The position numbers and the translations under genes were made by a program. Shown piece after piece: positions 1 through 12,892 of a stretch of DNA of 64,000 nucleotides; positions within the stretch are counted from its first letter, which is position 1; each line of letters begins with the position of its first letter. The stretch is from Lytechinus pictus. Taxonomy: Eukaryota. The stretch covers positions 9,796,001 to 9,860,000 of the forward strand of contig NC_087259.1 of NCBI RefSeq assembly GCF_037042905.1, written 5' to 3'. The notes below the pieces were generated by a model. That model was given only the letters and a program-made list of their open reading frames with translations. It was not told the origin of the DNA and did no database searches.

Positions 1-583
1 CAATCTATCAAATTTAGTAAAGCAATCGCGGTATTACCCATTTGCTGTTAACCTATCTTAATGATGACTGCTGATATGAGTCGTCATCAATAATCCAATT
101 GAAAAAGGTGTAATGATGCTTTTATTTATTCTTTCTTTTTTTTAACATTTTTTTCATTGCTACATTAACTTGTGTTTTTATGTGAGAGATTGTAATGCGT
201 TATTTTCCGGGGTAACAGATGCTTGGAAAAATAAACAAGAAAAAGCAGAATATGTTTTGACTCAATACCATTCACGAGAAAATCTAAGCAAATAATAATT
301 GAAAGCCTTTAACCTATAGTCAGGTTCAATATTGGGCATTTCATTGGCGTTTCATCTCGTGTTCGAACGTAACAAAAGTAAAGAAAGCATTAATTTTGGT
401 CATCCATTGATTCTACCGTACAATGATTTTTTTTTTCAGTTTTAAATAATGATGATATTTAGGACTCTCTCTCAGTAATGTTTTCGTGTTTTTTTTTGAA
501 GAAGAAGACTATTTGAACACTTGTTGAAATGACGGAGGCTTTGTGCGACGTTGTGTCCGTATTTAACGAAATGGTCTCCCTTC

Positions 584-1887
584 TCAGCTGTTGGAGGTGC
601 CGCTTTGGTTGTCTTCCCCATTCCCCTCTTGCCTATCTTCAAGTTTTCGACTCTCCCACAATTTCTTCAAGGTAATCCCAACAAAACTAGTGATGATCAC
701 GAAGGTTCCGATCGCTGTAATATAGTTCGGCATGACACCGAAGAACAAATATTCTAAGGTGAATGAGAAGAGGATGTCGCATGAGTGGACAAGAGCAACA
801 GTTTGAGCCCGTTCCGTTTTAAGGGCGAGGTAGATTAGGATTTGGGAGGAGAAGTTACTAACTCCATTGGCAAGGAGAATGATGCGATCCCCTCCGCATC
901 CAGGCAGTGTCCATTGCTGTAAGACGGTCGTGAGAAATGCGGATAAGAATAACCCACAAATTGAATAGAAAATAAGCACGACCAACGAAGGAACCTTATA
1001 AAACCCAGGTTTTCGCATGAGGATCAAGATGGTCGGGGAAAGGAAAGCGCTTAAGAGGCTAAGTACCGAACCAAGAACTCTCGCATCAAAAGCTATGCCA
1101 TCCCATTCGGGATTCCCGAAGAGAAACGGCGGCTGTGCGATCAGGAAAACACCAGCGAGAGTCAGAAAAGAGAAAAGAGTGTCCAAAAATGAGCAGGATT
1201 CCTTTAAAAATATCCAACCAAGAAGTCCTGCAAACACAGGAGCGCTGTACTGAATAGATTTTTAGAACTTGAAACCTGCATGATTTGATAGATTATGTAT
1301 ATCAGGGATGTATTAATTGCGCCAAGAATAGATCGAAGGAAAAGTAGACCGTACTCTTTGCGGCTGTGTGAAAAGGAAACCCTGTTGAGAGCACTCAACG
1401 GCAGGCAAAAGAGGAGCTGTATAGTTGTCCGGGAAAATAGAAGCTGGTTCGGACCCAGTGTTCCTGAGAGGTACACCACGATCATGCCAGAGAGTGACAG
1501 GATCACAGCTGATGTAATTGTATACACAATTCCTATATGAGGGATCTGGTTCTACTCCATCTTGAGCCACCGCACTCTTTTGGTTTGTTCTCATCCGCAA
1601 GGTCGGTCTTCTGGATTACAGAAGATATGTCAGAATGTTCTTTCTTGGTGGCGATTTGCGTATCCTCAGAATCCTGGATAGATTCTTCATCGTTTTCAAA
1701 TCCAGCATTCCGTTTGCCTCGAACGAGAGAACAATCTGATCTTGTCAATGTATCCTCGCATCTTCTCGAAGACATAGTCACGTCGTGGATAGATCCTTCA
1801 TCGTTTTTAAAATCCATCATCCCGTTTGCCTCCAACAAAAGAACAATCTGCCGGAGCCTCTGTACCCTCGCCTCTTTTCGAAGACAT
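584..1887 (-). pseudogene. SLC35G1-like EamA/DMT transporter, disrupted duplicate (copy A')
   Basis: Near-identical to 12893-14206 but split over ORFs 584-1237, 1204-1527, 1533-1973 and 1807-2061. Relative to the intact copy there are indels at ~1259-1264 (+2), ~1549-1551 (-1) and ~1804-1812 (+1, creates TAA), a 12-nt in-frame deletion (AEDC), and A->P and L->P changes in or next to a TM helix. The 5' part is displaced to 6414-6484 by a transposon. Confidence 0.85.
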
Positions 1888-1888
1888 A

Positions 1889-4800
1889 TGGGGCGTTGCA
1901 AGAAAGTTATGTTGCAATTGATTGCAAATCGACTGCAACTTTGCAGCCGATTCCGATCGACTGCAACTAGCAATCAATCGCCAATTTGCGTTGCAAGAAA
2001 AAGGCTTGCAATTGAACGCAAGTTGCAGCTGATTTGCAGCTGCAAACAGGGTCTGCAGCACAAGACTAGCTGATGAAGCAAAATAATCCTTGCGATAATC
2101 GTGATTGTGGAAGAGAGTAAGTAGAAAATATTCATTTTTCAGAGCTTTCTTTCTCCATTATGTATGTTTTCAGAGAATTTATATGTTTTAGACCTATGCC
2201 AGGGAAAAAATTATTTTGTAAAAAGTGAAAATGTATCTTTATCGCCAGTCGAAATTTCACCTTCAAAATTTTTTTTACCACACAGTTTAAACCCAGTCCC
2301 ACACTTGACTTTTTGTGTCGGTAATGCACTGTTGTACCAACAACACGGCAGGACATTGCCGGTGCAGTGCTGTTAAAAATCACCCTGAAGCAAGTAAATT
2401 TGTAGGCTCTAATTATGTATGAAACATCGAAAATGACCTAAAAAGATTATTATTGTTCATATTTGAAATGATTTTTAAGTTATATCAGTTTCAACGGCGA
2501 ATAACCATCCAGTAAATGGATTCAATGCAGTCGAATGGCCACAACTTTTGAGAAACACTCGACAGAAAGCAATTTTTTGTTTTTAACTAAAGGATTTTTA
2601 ATTTAATGATAGGCTCTAAATCAAAGACTACCATTATTAGATCCTCTCCATTAGTCTCTCTTTTTTAAGAGTCTGTCTAACCTCCCTTTTTATGACTTTC
2701 CTTGGCCTTGCCTGGGATAGAATGAAAATTTTGCTCTTGACTTTGGAGGATTTTTTGTATTTATCATTATTTTATTTATTTATTCATTTTTTTTTGGAGG
2801 GGTTCTCCACATTTTTCGCCAGGCCAAAAAATAACAAAGGTATAGGGGGTCTACATGTATATTATTAATTATTTTCAAAGATGTTATTGGGCTAACCTTT
2901 TGGCCACATCTGCCACATTCTTGGGGAAGTTTTAACATTGAATAGGGAGTTGCCAGCCCAGGGCTCTTTGAAAAAAAATTACGGGCAGATTGCACAAAAA
3001 GTTATTTGCAAGGACAGTCTATTTGTGTCATTGATTTGTAATGATGTGCTGTATGAGTCACATTTTTAATATCCATCACATATTAGATATACATGTAAAT
3101 ACATTTTTTTTAGATTTAATATGTAGATCTACTATTCCGGGGGGGGGGTACTTAGATTTGGTTTGGACAAAGGTGTGCGGTTGAAGGCTCAAAACCCATA
3201 CCCATATTTACATGTAATTTTGGCTAAAAAGGTACCCATTAGGAATTAATTACAGGGCAGATCCAGGATTTTCAAACGGGGAGGGCACATTTTCCCCTGG
3301 AAAATTTGACAAGCAAAAAAAAAAAGGTTATCACCCAAAATGTAAGGTCAATTCGTATTTGCACCTAAGAAAATGGAGTAGAATATGGACCCATATTTAA
3401 AGCCATGCAGTATCTAAAAATTGGGCCATGTTTAGGGATTTTTCAGCATAAATCCATACCCCATGTTTAGGGATTTCTTCCCAAAAAGCAACCCATTCCA
3501 GCGGCACATCCCTGTATGCCTTATTTCGTGAGTACCCCCCCCCCCTATTATGTAGCTGACTTTTAAATTGATTTTTATACAAGCACATGAATGGATGATT
3601 ACAATGCTTTTCCAAGTGCTTTCAGTAAAAGGGTGTCTCATATGGTGCATCATTACGAATGCATAATCATGATTTTTTTTTACATCAAGCATAATGCTCG
3701 TGGGGGGCATATGGTCCTACTTGACATTTTTCAGAATAAATCTGCCACTCAAAATTTGATTACGGCACCGCTGACTGACGTTTTACTTTCAAGTCTCACA
3801 CAACTTTTGAGACCAAATTTCCAATGCCAAAGGTGCAGGGTTAGGAAATTGTGCAACATTGTGTTTAAGTACATGTCAGACAAAAACATGAATACATGTA
3901 AAAAGTCAATATTCATAATTGGGTATTTTTTTTATTGACAATAGTAATTTAATGTCACTGATGATCTTTGTCTGAAAAAAAGATAGAAAAATGCTTTTAA
4001 GAAATAAAAAAAAAAGATTAAAAAAACATGAAAGGAATTTATTTTGATACCAGATTTTTAAAGTAAAGTTGTTAGGAATGCTCTAGAAAGGAACATGTAC
4101 ACCAAAGTATACCATTACGGGCTTTTTTTTTGTAAATTAAAGCAAAAGGTATGATTTCATAAATTATTCAATTGTGTCACCCATGGCTGAGGAACCATAA
4201 TGCCCCTCCCCAGGCCAGAAGTGACTATGATCAAAACACCCTAGGACTACTATAATGGTTAACACACTGGCAACTGAGCTTAACTTGTATATTAATTTCA
4301 TGAACATGTTTTATCTCTTTGCTTTTTGTTTTTAATTGCTTACTACAGTTTAATGGATACGATGACAAAGAAGTCTGGAATAAACAAAAAACCTCAGAAC
4401 CTCCATAACTGTGTCTGCTACAATGTATGTTCTTGCAACCAGCTGATTGATTCATTTTATCAAATGGTAGGTTAAATGTAAACTGTATTATTACCATGAT
4501 CGAAATGGGGTTGGGGATGAAATCTGTACCAAGGATAATGCAAAATGAAAAAAGGCAAAAACAAATCCCTATCTTGACTGGAAATTTCTCAGCAATGAAG
4601 ACACGTCATTGATGGGGGGGGGGTGGTTGTTGTGCTCATCGTCCAAGGTGTACTGTATGAAAGTGTATATTTTGCTTTCATTGATTTAATTTATTGCGTA
4701 TTTTAATTTCATGATTTATTGATTTGGGGAAAAACAATCGGCTCACACTTTTTTTTAGATTACATCATGGCAACTTGCCAATTATAATGGTCTCAGAACT

Positions 4801-6410
4801 AAGCCACTATCCCTCTATCATATCATGTCGGTGCAAACAACGCCCTTAGCAGCACGCATAATGGCATTTCTGCACCGATGGGGTGCATAAAATGTTTTGC
4901 TAAGGGCGTTCTTGCACTGAAAGGACAAAATTGAACCAACCCAAGCTATGTATAGTTATGGGCTTGCATTATTTCCTATATTATTATTTATTTATGAACA
5001 GGTTGATTATCAGAACTGAATTCAGAGCTGCTCCTGTCTGTAGTAACATCATTATTGAAGTGGACTTCAGAATAAGGGTTTTGCTGGTTTAAAAACTTCA
5101 CTCCATGGAGCTCTCCAAATTCATCTCAAATTAGACTGCTTCTGGAAACCAGATTTGTTCCTTCAAGCAGAGACGCTTGTCGCTTTCCTGACTGGACTTC
5201 TATGGATTCCTCATGCCAACCTTAAGGACTGGTCTTCTGCATGATACACGTCAATTCCAAACAAGACATTCTGTGGTGAAACACTCGATGGAGATGAAAT
5301 TATATAACTGAATCTCAGAAGTAATTCCTCGGGAGCAAGAAACAATGAAAAATAGAAATAAAAGGTCCATCAATTATGAATTTCTTGAGCAGTGTTCTTT
5401 TTTGTGCACAAATCAATGGATCATTTCAATTCCAAGCAGGTATGTAGTCAATGCTGACCTCGAGGCAACAGTTTGCTGGCCTTGGTCTGAGTCACTTTAC
5501 AGAATCTATGGGAAGTTCTCTCAAGCTGCCTCATGACTCGGAAGAATCAGCCTCGACCTCATCCCTGTATGCAAATGTGATATATATCTACGATGCAATC
5601 TCACGATTAAAGAGAAACAAGAGAGCTTCGATTTTGAAGTGTAGCAATCTCTTGAAATTTATGTTTTATTTGAAAATCAAACTACAATAACTTAATTAGG
5701 CATGTTATTCATTATATTTATGAATGAAAGCATTGAAACAATTTGGTGCTCTTGCAAAACAAATTCTGAATTGTATTTACTGCAAACCCTCAGAAATATT
5801 TTTGAGAATTTGCCAGTGCATGAAGTGTTTTGATAAAGAGTGGCTTTTGTGCCTATGGAAAGTTATTATTTCTTCAACATTTCTTCATACAAATTATTTA
5901 AGAAATCACAATTTGAATATTCCATGACCGCTGATAACAAGAGCAGAATATTTTGGGTGATTGACACACTTTAAAATGATATTAGAAGAGAATGTAGTGA
6001 AGTTTTGTGAAAACAATGGCATAATTGCTGTATAGAGGCCTATGAAGGTTGAAAATAACATTATTTTAAGTTTTTCTTGAAAAAAACCCATGGGAAATTG
6101 AAACTGGTATAATTTACAAAAGTTAAAAAAAAAAAAGCCTATGTTTACAAGCCTATGGTCAATCAATTGAACGTAAATCAAGCGCAAATTTTGCGCGTCC
6201 TCCAAAATCTCACACAAGTTACGTTCGATTTGCAATCAATTGCAAAGCTTGCGCTTGATCTACGTTCAATTGATCAAACGCAACTTCTTGCAACAGGGTT
6301 GAACGTAACTTGCGTTCAATTGCAGATTTGCGTTTAATCGGAGGACTTACGCTCAATTTTGGGAGTTGCGTTCGATTTGCGTTCAATCGCAAGTTTCTTG
6401 CAACACCCCA
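1889..6410. mobile_element. 4.5-kb non-autonomous DNA transposon, PIF/Harbinger-like
   Basis: TIRs TGGGGCGTTGCAAGAAA / TTTCTTGCAACACCCCA; subterminal TTGCAA/TTGCGTTCAAT repeat arrays at both ends; 3-bp TSD ATA (1886-1888, 6411-6413). The empty site is visible in the paralog (GAAGACATAGTCATATC at ~14200-14216). No transposase-sized ORF. Confidence 0.85.
3137..3546. mobile_element. Nested short DNA element with GGGGGGTAC...GTACCCCCC ends
   Basis: Inverted G-run/C-run termini (CCGGGGGGGGGGTACT ... AGTACCCCCCCCCC) inside the 4.5-kb element; no TSD resolved. Confidence 0.4.
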
Positions 6411-6413
6411 ATA

Positions 6414-6484
6414 ATCATATCATTATGATAGGATATTTTTAACAAGACATGTGTCATGCGTTTTCCCTTAGGTTGATGAGTCAT
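6414..6484 (-). pseudogene. Displaced 5' end of SLC35G1-like copy A'
   Basis: Encodes MTHQPKGKRMTHVLLKISYHNDM, homologous to MTRQPERKRMTNGLLKTPYHNDM at 14278-14210 of the intact copy. Homology continues to ~7255 (vs ~15105). Confidence 0.75.
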
Positions 6485-7387
6485 AATGCGATAACGAGAT
6501 CCATTGTGTACATTAACCAGGGCTATATTTCCATGTCTTAGAAGACGTATCCATGGTAAATGGGCGATAATGTTGTTGTCAAACATGTCAAATGGCAATT
6601 CAAACAATCAAGGACTCCGTCAAATACTTATTATAAAGGGCATTTTCTCAAATCCAAATGCGTATGCTGCTGTTAAAAAAAAGCAATTCAAATAACCAAG
6701 AACTTCGTGAATCCTTTGCTGTAGACAGGTAAATGTTTAATATGCTGTAACACGGTAATTTGATTGAGATGTCTGAAATTGTATCTTTACCTCAATTTCC
6801 CATGGTTGTAAATTTGGACTATTGGCCCTTCAGATCATGAAATATTGATACCCGGTTTTCTTGATGAGAGGTGATTTGACATGACAGTGTTTGTCTTTGC
6901 ACAAAGGACATTACCCTTGGAGTTAACCAATCTTTAAAAGTTATAGAATCCAAAAATGGCAGAATAAATCATATAGGACATTGCAGCCGAAAATACAAAG
7001 ACTATGATACCCTTTATTTCAATTACTTTATCACCAAGATTTTTCTTTTAAATAAGGCCCTAGTATTCCTCAAAGTTCGGAATTTCTGTTGTTTTTCATG
7101 CTCTTAAATGGTATAATCTTTTATTAACATTTAGAAGATGTAATTTATTACAATTTGGTATCAGTTCAAAACGGATATTTTTTGCTTACTCGCTTCGCCC
7201 TTCCGCATTTATTTTTCAATATTCAATAATATTACAAATTATGAATAATGTTAATAAATGTCAAGTGTCTTTGTAATTACGATTTGATAAATCACCGAAA
7301 AATCATAGTTTTTTTTTCCGGCACGGACTGTATAATAACTATACGTCATTACCTGTTAAAGTTCTCCAAGTTCTTGTCATCAATGTA

Positions 7388-8692
7388 TTATGCCTCTCTT
7401 GAACTTGTTATCGACACGTTGTCACCACTGAATCCTTCATTGAGTTCTGGTTTTGGCGTCTGCTCTTCAGAAGCTTTTGCCGATGCCTTCTTTTCCGTTT
7501 GCCACTTGTGAAGGGTGATTCCAACGAGACTGCCAACGATCAACAGCGCGCCAGATATCGTTATGGCATTTGGGATAATCGCGAAGAACAAATAGTCTAG
7601 GATAAACGTAAAAAGGACGTCGCACGTCCTGATGAGAGAGACGGTCGTAGCTTTCTCGTATCTCAGCGCCAGAGTTAGACAGATTTGGGACATCAACAGG
7701 AGAGCTCCTGTGAGAATAAGCAGTATACGGTCTCTGCCACATCGTGGTATGACCCACTCGCGGAGGGCACTAGAAAGAACTGCACTCATTACCATTCCAA
7801 CGGACGAAAAATATATCAAGATCACAATTGGATGGATCCGATACGATCCGATCTTCCGAAGGCTAATGAAGACAAGACCGGCCAAAGCTGCAACAATGAG
7901 GCAAAATATCGGTCCTAGGATGTTCGTGGATGTCTGTTCTCCTCCGAATATAAAAGGCGGCTGGATGACCAATAGAACACCGGACAGTGTCAAGGCGGAT
8001 AACAGAATGTCCAAGGCAGGGCAAGCTTCATGAAGCAATATGCAACTGAAGAGTCCGGTGAATACTGGTGAAGTGTAGATGATCGCTTTAGCGTTGCCGA
8101 TTGGCATTACCTGAAAAGCAAAGAAAGCCAGTGTCGTGCCGATTGATCCCATTATAGAGCGAACCAAGACAAGGTAGAGAGCCTTCCCTGAAAGAATAAC
8201 AGACACCCTTTCTAGGGTGGCTAATGGCAAGCACAGCAACAATTCAACAAGCATCTGTGCAAAGACCACCTCGTTGGATGACACTCTTCCACTTAGGAGT
8301 GCCACCGTTAATGTCGCAAAAGACAGGATTATTGTTGAAAGCAGGGCTAGTGTCACGCCTTTATAACGATTTATCGAGCAAGCAACCTGTGTAGAGACTG
8401 ACTCATTATCACTCTTAGATGAGTGACTTTTGTTCGAGCTATTAAAGTCTGAAGGATCGCTCCAATCTGAAGTCAAATTTTTAGCGTTGATTTCATCAAG
8501 CTCCCCAAAAGTTTCGTATACTGCGTTGCAAATCGTTGAAGGGGTAAAAGGTCCATTCGGGTTTAGGCAAGGATCACTTCTGGTCCGATTTTGTGAATCA
8601 AGAGTTCTTGAGATTACTAATGAAGAACGGTGTCTCAAGATCTCACTTTGGCTTCGAGTTCTTTCAGTCTTGGGAAGATTATGAACGTCCAT
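7388..8692 (-). CDS. SLC35G1-like: SLC35G1-like EamA/DMT transporter (copy B), intronless, 434 aa from first ATG
   Basis: Long ORF with a Ser-rich hydrophilic N-terminus and ~10 hydrophobic helices. Motifs MPIGNAKAIIYTSPVFTGLFSCILLHE, GVLLVIQPPFIFG, WVIPRCGRDR and ALRYEKATTVSLIRTCDVLFTF are typical of SLC35G1/TMEM20. The ORF track starts at a TTG; the first ATG is at 8692. Confidence 0.88.
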   Translation of the reverse strand: MDVHNLPKTERTRSQSEILRHRSSLVISRTLDSQNRTRSDPCLNPNGPFTPSTICNAVYETFGELDEINAKNLTSDWSDPSDFNSSNKSHSSKSDNESVSTQVACSINRYKGVTLALLSTIILSFATLTVALLSGRVSSNEVVFAQMLVELLLCLPLATLERVSVILSGKALYLVLVRSIMGSIGTTLAFFAFQVMPIGNAKAIIYTSPVFTGLFSCILLHEACPALDILLSALTLSGVLLVIQPPFIFGGEQTSTNILGPIFCLIVAALAGLVFISLRKIGSYRIHPIVILIYFSSVGMVMSAVLSSALREWVIPRCGRDRILLILTGALLLMSQICLTLALRYEKATTVSLIRTCDVLFTFILDYLFFAIIPNAITISGALLIVGSLVGITLHKWQTEKKASAKASEEQTPKPELNEGFSGDNVSITSSREA

Positions 8693-9619
8693 GATTATTA
8701 CACTCCGAGTCAAAAGCGATGGATATATCGATGCTAGAGTGAGAGGTATTTCTATAAGTACAATGCAAAAAAATAAATGATGGTTAATGTATTACTTTCA
8801 TTGGCGGCGTCAAGGTACTTGATCAGGGAGCAAGATGATTTTAATAAAGGTGACGTCATTTTAATGGGCAGATGGGAGTATTACTCTTCTATCTCCTATT
8901 TCTTCATTTACCGACAAAACAATTTTACCATGTTGTATCAATATCAAAAGCTTAACCGAGGTTAAAATTTTAAAATATCATCGAAATTTTGAAAGTACAA
9001 TGACTTATTTTATGAAACCTAAATGATAATAATAGCAAAGGTGCAAAAACAGACTGAATCTTTGTGACTTCTTTTAGACCGATGGTGGAGTTCCTAAAAA
9101 AGAATACCAAATCCACAGGTTGATTGCCTTTTATATCCTTTTTGCTAGTGATCACTTTTCCTATTAGTCCGTTGGTCTGTTACATCAGATTAACATCGGA
9201 TCTGATTTAGTTCCTAAGAAAGGGTCACCAGTCCATCGTAAGTCACGAACAGCTTTATGAAACACCCACCAGGTCTACATCGACAAGAAGATTAATAAAT
9301 GATATAATCCCTGATTTGTATGCAAATGATTAGCAAGTTATGATACACAATCTTAAAGTTTATATAAATATATTAAATTCAAATATCAAAGACATTCAAA
9401 TATGTGTTGTCTTTTTTACTCCATTTAAACAGAAAATAATAATAATAATATTTTTCATCAAAAAGTAATCTTCAGAATTGCGTGTCATTGGGATTCATTT
9501 ATCTATTGATAATCTGTAATATAACTATTTATGTTATCGTTAAGAGTTAGATATCTTTCATCATCTATACATTGGATATGATCACTATTTTATCCTAATT
9601 ATTTCAATACTATCAATAT

Positions 9620-9960
9620 CATAATTATTATGATTACTGTAGCAGTCGTAGCAGCAGCAGCAGTGGTAATAGTATTGTAGCAGCAGGCGTAGTAGTAGTA
9701 GTAGAAGTAGTAGAAGTAGTAGTAGAAGAAGTAGAAAACGTATTAGCCATGTAGTAGTAAATAGTTGTAGTAGTATAGTGGTGGTGGTGATGGTAGTGGA
9801 AGTTGTATTAATAGTAATAGTGTTAGTAGAAGGAGAAGTGGTAAAAGTATTAGTGGTAGTTGTACAGTAGTAGCAGTAGTAGTAGAAGTTGTCTTTCAAG
9901 AAGAAATGGTGGCAGTAGTCGTTGTCGTCGTCGTAGTATTAGTAGAAGAAGTAGGTGTTG
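9620..9960. repeat. Degenerate (TAG/CAG/TGG/AAG)n trinucleotide microsatellite
   Basis: Runs of agtagtagt, gcagcag and gtggtg. Confidence 0.8.
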
Positions 9961-11059
9961 ATGCTTGTATTAGTGATGGTATAGTTATAATGGTAGAAGT
10001 GCAAATAATATGGGTAGAAATGGTAATTCGCTTCTTAATGGCATCCACTCCTTATCAATCTATATCATAGCCATGATAGTGAGATGACAGAATTATTTAT
10101 GTTGATGTCTCTGTAACTCCGTTCTTCTAAAAATAAATACTATTTTGATCAAAGCTACCTGGATTAGGATATGTTGGTATATTGTATCGTCTTCTTCACG
10201 CTCTTCTGCTTATTCAACCGGTTTGTGAAACAGTTGTAGATTCTGAGCACGAACATGCATGCCTGTTTAATTCAACAGAGTTTTGAATTGTATGACATTC
10301 AAAATAAACAGCAATGCAGAATAAAGTATGACGTCATAATTGATAAGGTATCTGTAAAATGCGATGAAATTCAAAGCTTTACACAAATCGAAATCGGGAT
10401 TTTAGACTTTTCATTTTTACCTGGAATAGCCATATCAAGCCGATGCAAAACCCACCTTTTTTAGTCAAGACTCATCAATTAAAACTGTACCTTTTCGTAT
10501 ATCGTCAAAATCTGCGCACGAAGGGCACGACAAGTGTAGGGACTGCTGATCATTTACAGCGTTTGTTGAATGATTAATCACGTAAGATTATGTCTTGTTA
10601 TCGACGCAATCCTTGATGTGGCTGCCCAATGCACTAAACTTTGGACTTCATATTGAAACAGACAACATGTTCATGACGATGTATTCTTGATCATTTGTCT
10701 AATTAGGCTGAATGTTATCTTTGAATGTCGTAAGAATCAAATAATAAACACCCTTTAAATGATAAAATGGTGCTTTATCAATAATAACTTATGATTATGG
10801 CATTATTTCGCTCAATTTATGAACAGTATTCCGATCACCGCCTTTAACGACATTTTATCTGTATTCCGTTGTTTTGAATTAATGTTTTAATCATTAATTC
10901 CTCCCTAGTCACGTTCTATCATCAAAGTAGCAGAAGTAGACTACATAAAACTCCTTTAAGCAATCTGTCTGTATACTCTATTTCAAGAAATAATGTTCAA
11001 ATTAGACTAAACGCACCCCCACCACCACTACCGCAAATACGCCCATGCCTATCCACATA

Positions 11060-11300
11060 CCTCTCATATTGTCGGATCCTCGATGACACACTCACACATG
11101 CGCACACTCAGCCTCCCACACACACACCGACATGCACACTCACACCCATCAACATCATTAATACCAATCAGGCACGAATACCACAACCCAACCACTTCCC
11201 TCCCTCTTTCACACACACACACACGCACACATACACCCTCATAACACCACACACACACACACATCCACCCACACCCTCATCACACACACACACGCACCCT
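11060..11300. repeat. Degenerate (CA)n microsatellite
   Basis: Long interrupted cacacac runs. Confidence 0.8.
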
Positions 11301-11462
11301 TACCCACCATCAAACCGTTAGTTGGATGAAACGAATATGAATAGAGACCAAAATTATTTTCAAAAAATGTTCATTTGGTATTGAAAATACTGTATTCTTG
11401 CAAATCCAGAATTTGTCTCGGTTTTCGGGACATTATCATTGTATTGATTTCCTGATACTATA

Positions 11463-12266
11463 CAGTGCGTCCCACAAAAAACGTAACCAAGATTTATCGA
11501 TGATTTATCATAACTTAATCACAAATACAATAGACAAATGACCTACCATTTTAAAGCTTAGAATCTCTTCTTTCATCTGAAATTACTAAGATTATTTCTC
11601 ATTCATGCATGAGTGAGCAAATCAATTTGAAGTGGGGATACCAAAAAGTCATTTGGTGGGCTGTATCGGGGTTTCAAAAAGAAAAGGATCAATATCTGCT
11701 CTTTAATTTGATACCTCAATTACAGAAAATGGTTAAGAAAGAACAAAGTTCTAGTTATATGAAATAAGGCTTGAATTTCAATAAATTCATAAAATGAAGA
11801 GGCCTTACAGGCTAGCGTTCAAACTCACTCGACACTCCGTTTTGTTGACGATCAGCCATGCATTAAGTCTTTTGTTAACCATGCGATAGCTTCTGTGGGA
11901 AACCGGTGAAAACACGTTTATTTAATGAAATTATGGAAATACAAGCATTGTTTCGAGGGAACATAACTTTTTTACTTCTTGACCATTTGTTGTGATTAAT
12001 GTATCAAATAAAAGAGCCGATATTGAAGTTTTTAGGCATGTGATTTTCTTTTTGAAATTCAGATACCCCCGCCAAATGAGTTTTTGGTATCCTTTCTTCA
12101 AATTGTTTTTGCTCACTCATGCGTGAATGAGGAATAATCTAAGTAATATCAGATGAAAGAAGAGATTCTAAGCTTTACATTGGTAGGTCATTGGTCTACT
12201 GTATTTGTGATTAAGTTATGATAAATCATCGCTTAATCTCGGTTTCGTTTTTTCTGGGACGCACTG
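11463..12266. mobile_element. Tc1/mariner-type MITE with long TIRs
   Basis: TA|CAGTGCGTCCCA...TGGGACGCACTG|TA; inverted homology extends ~290 bp from each end. Confidence 0.85.
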
Positions 12267-12892
12267 TATAGGTGGTAAACGACATCAAGTGCTATCGTGC
12301 CGGTTTCTTAAACAGAATGACACACATGCATGTATACAACAAATCCATACCGATTCATCACTCTATCAAATTTAGTAATGCAATCAGCCATTTGCTGTTA
12401 ACCTATCTCAATTATGACTGCTGATAGGTGTAATGATGTCTTATTTATTCTTTCATTTTAATATTGTTTTCATTGCTACATTAACTTGGGTTTTTATGTG
12501 GGCGTATGTAATGCATTATTTTCCGGTGGGGGGCAATTGCTTGGAAAAATGAACAAGAAAAAGCAGAATATGTTTTGACTCAATACCATTCACGAGAAAA
12601 TCATAGCAAATAATAATTGACGGCCTTTTGAACCTTTATTAAGGTTCATTATTAGGCATTTCTTTGGAGTTACATCTCGTGTTCAACTTAACAAAAGTAA
12701 AGATAGCATTAATTTTGGTCATCCATTGATTCTTCCGTACAATGATTTTTTTTCAAGTTTTAAATAATGATATTTAGGACTCTCTCTCAGTAATGTTTTC
12801 GTTTTCTTTGAAGAAGACTATTTGAACAATTGTTGAAATGACGGAGGCTTTGTGCGACGTTGTGTCCGTATTTAACGAAATTGACTCCCTTG

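Noticed and set aside
551-2073. Plus-strand ORFs overlapping the SLC35G genes (also 7632-8684, 12860-14222)
   Set aside because: They are antisense shadows of the minus-strand CDSs with no independent coding signal.
8851-8858. TGACGTCA (CRE) upstream of gene B as a regulatory site
   Set aside because: The motif occurs many times in the window, often inside repeats, so one instance is not evidence of function.
9585-9899. Thr/Leu-rich 104-aa ORF
   Set aside because: It is a translation of a trinucleotide microsatellite.
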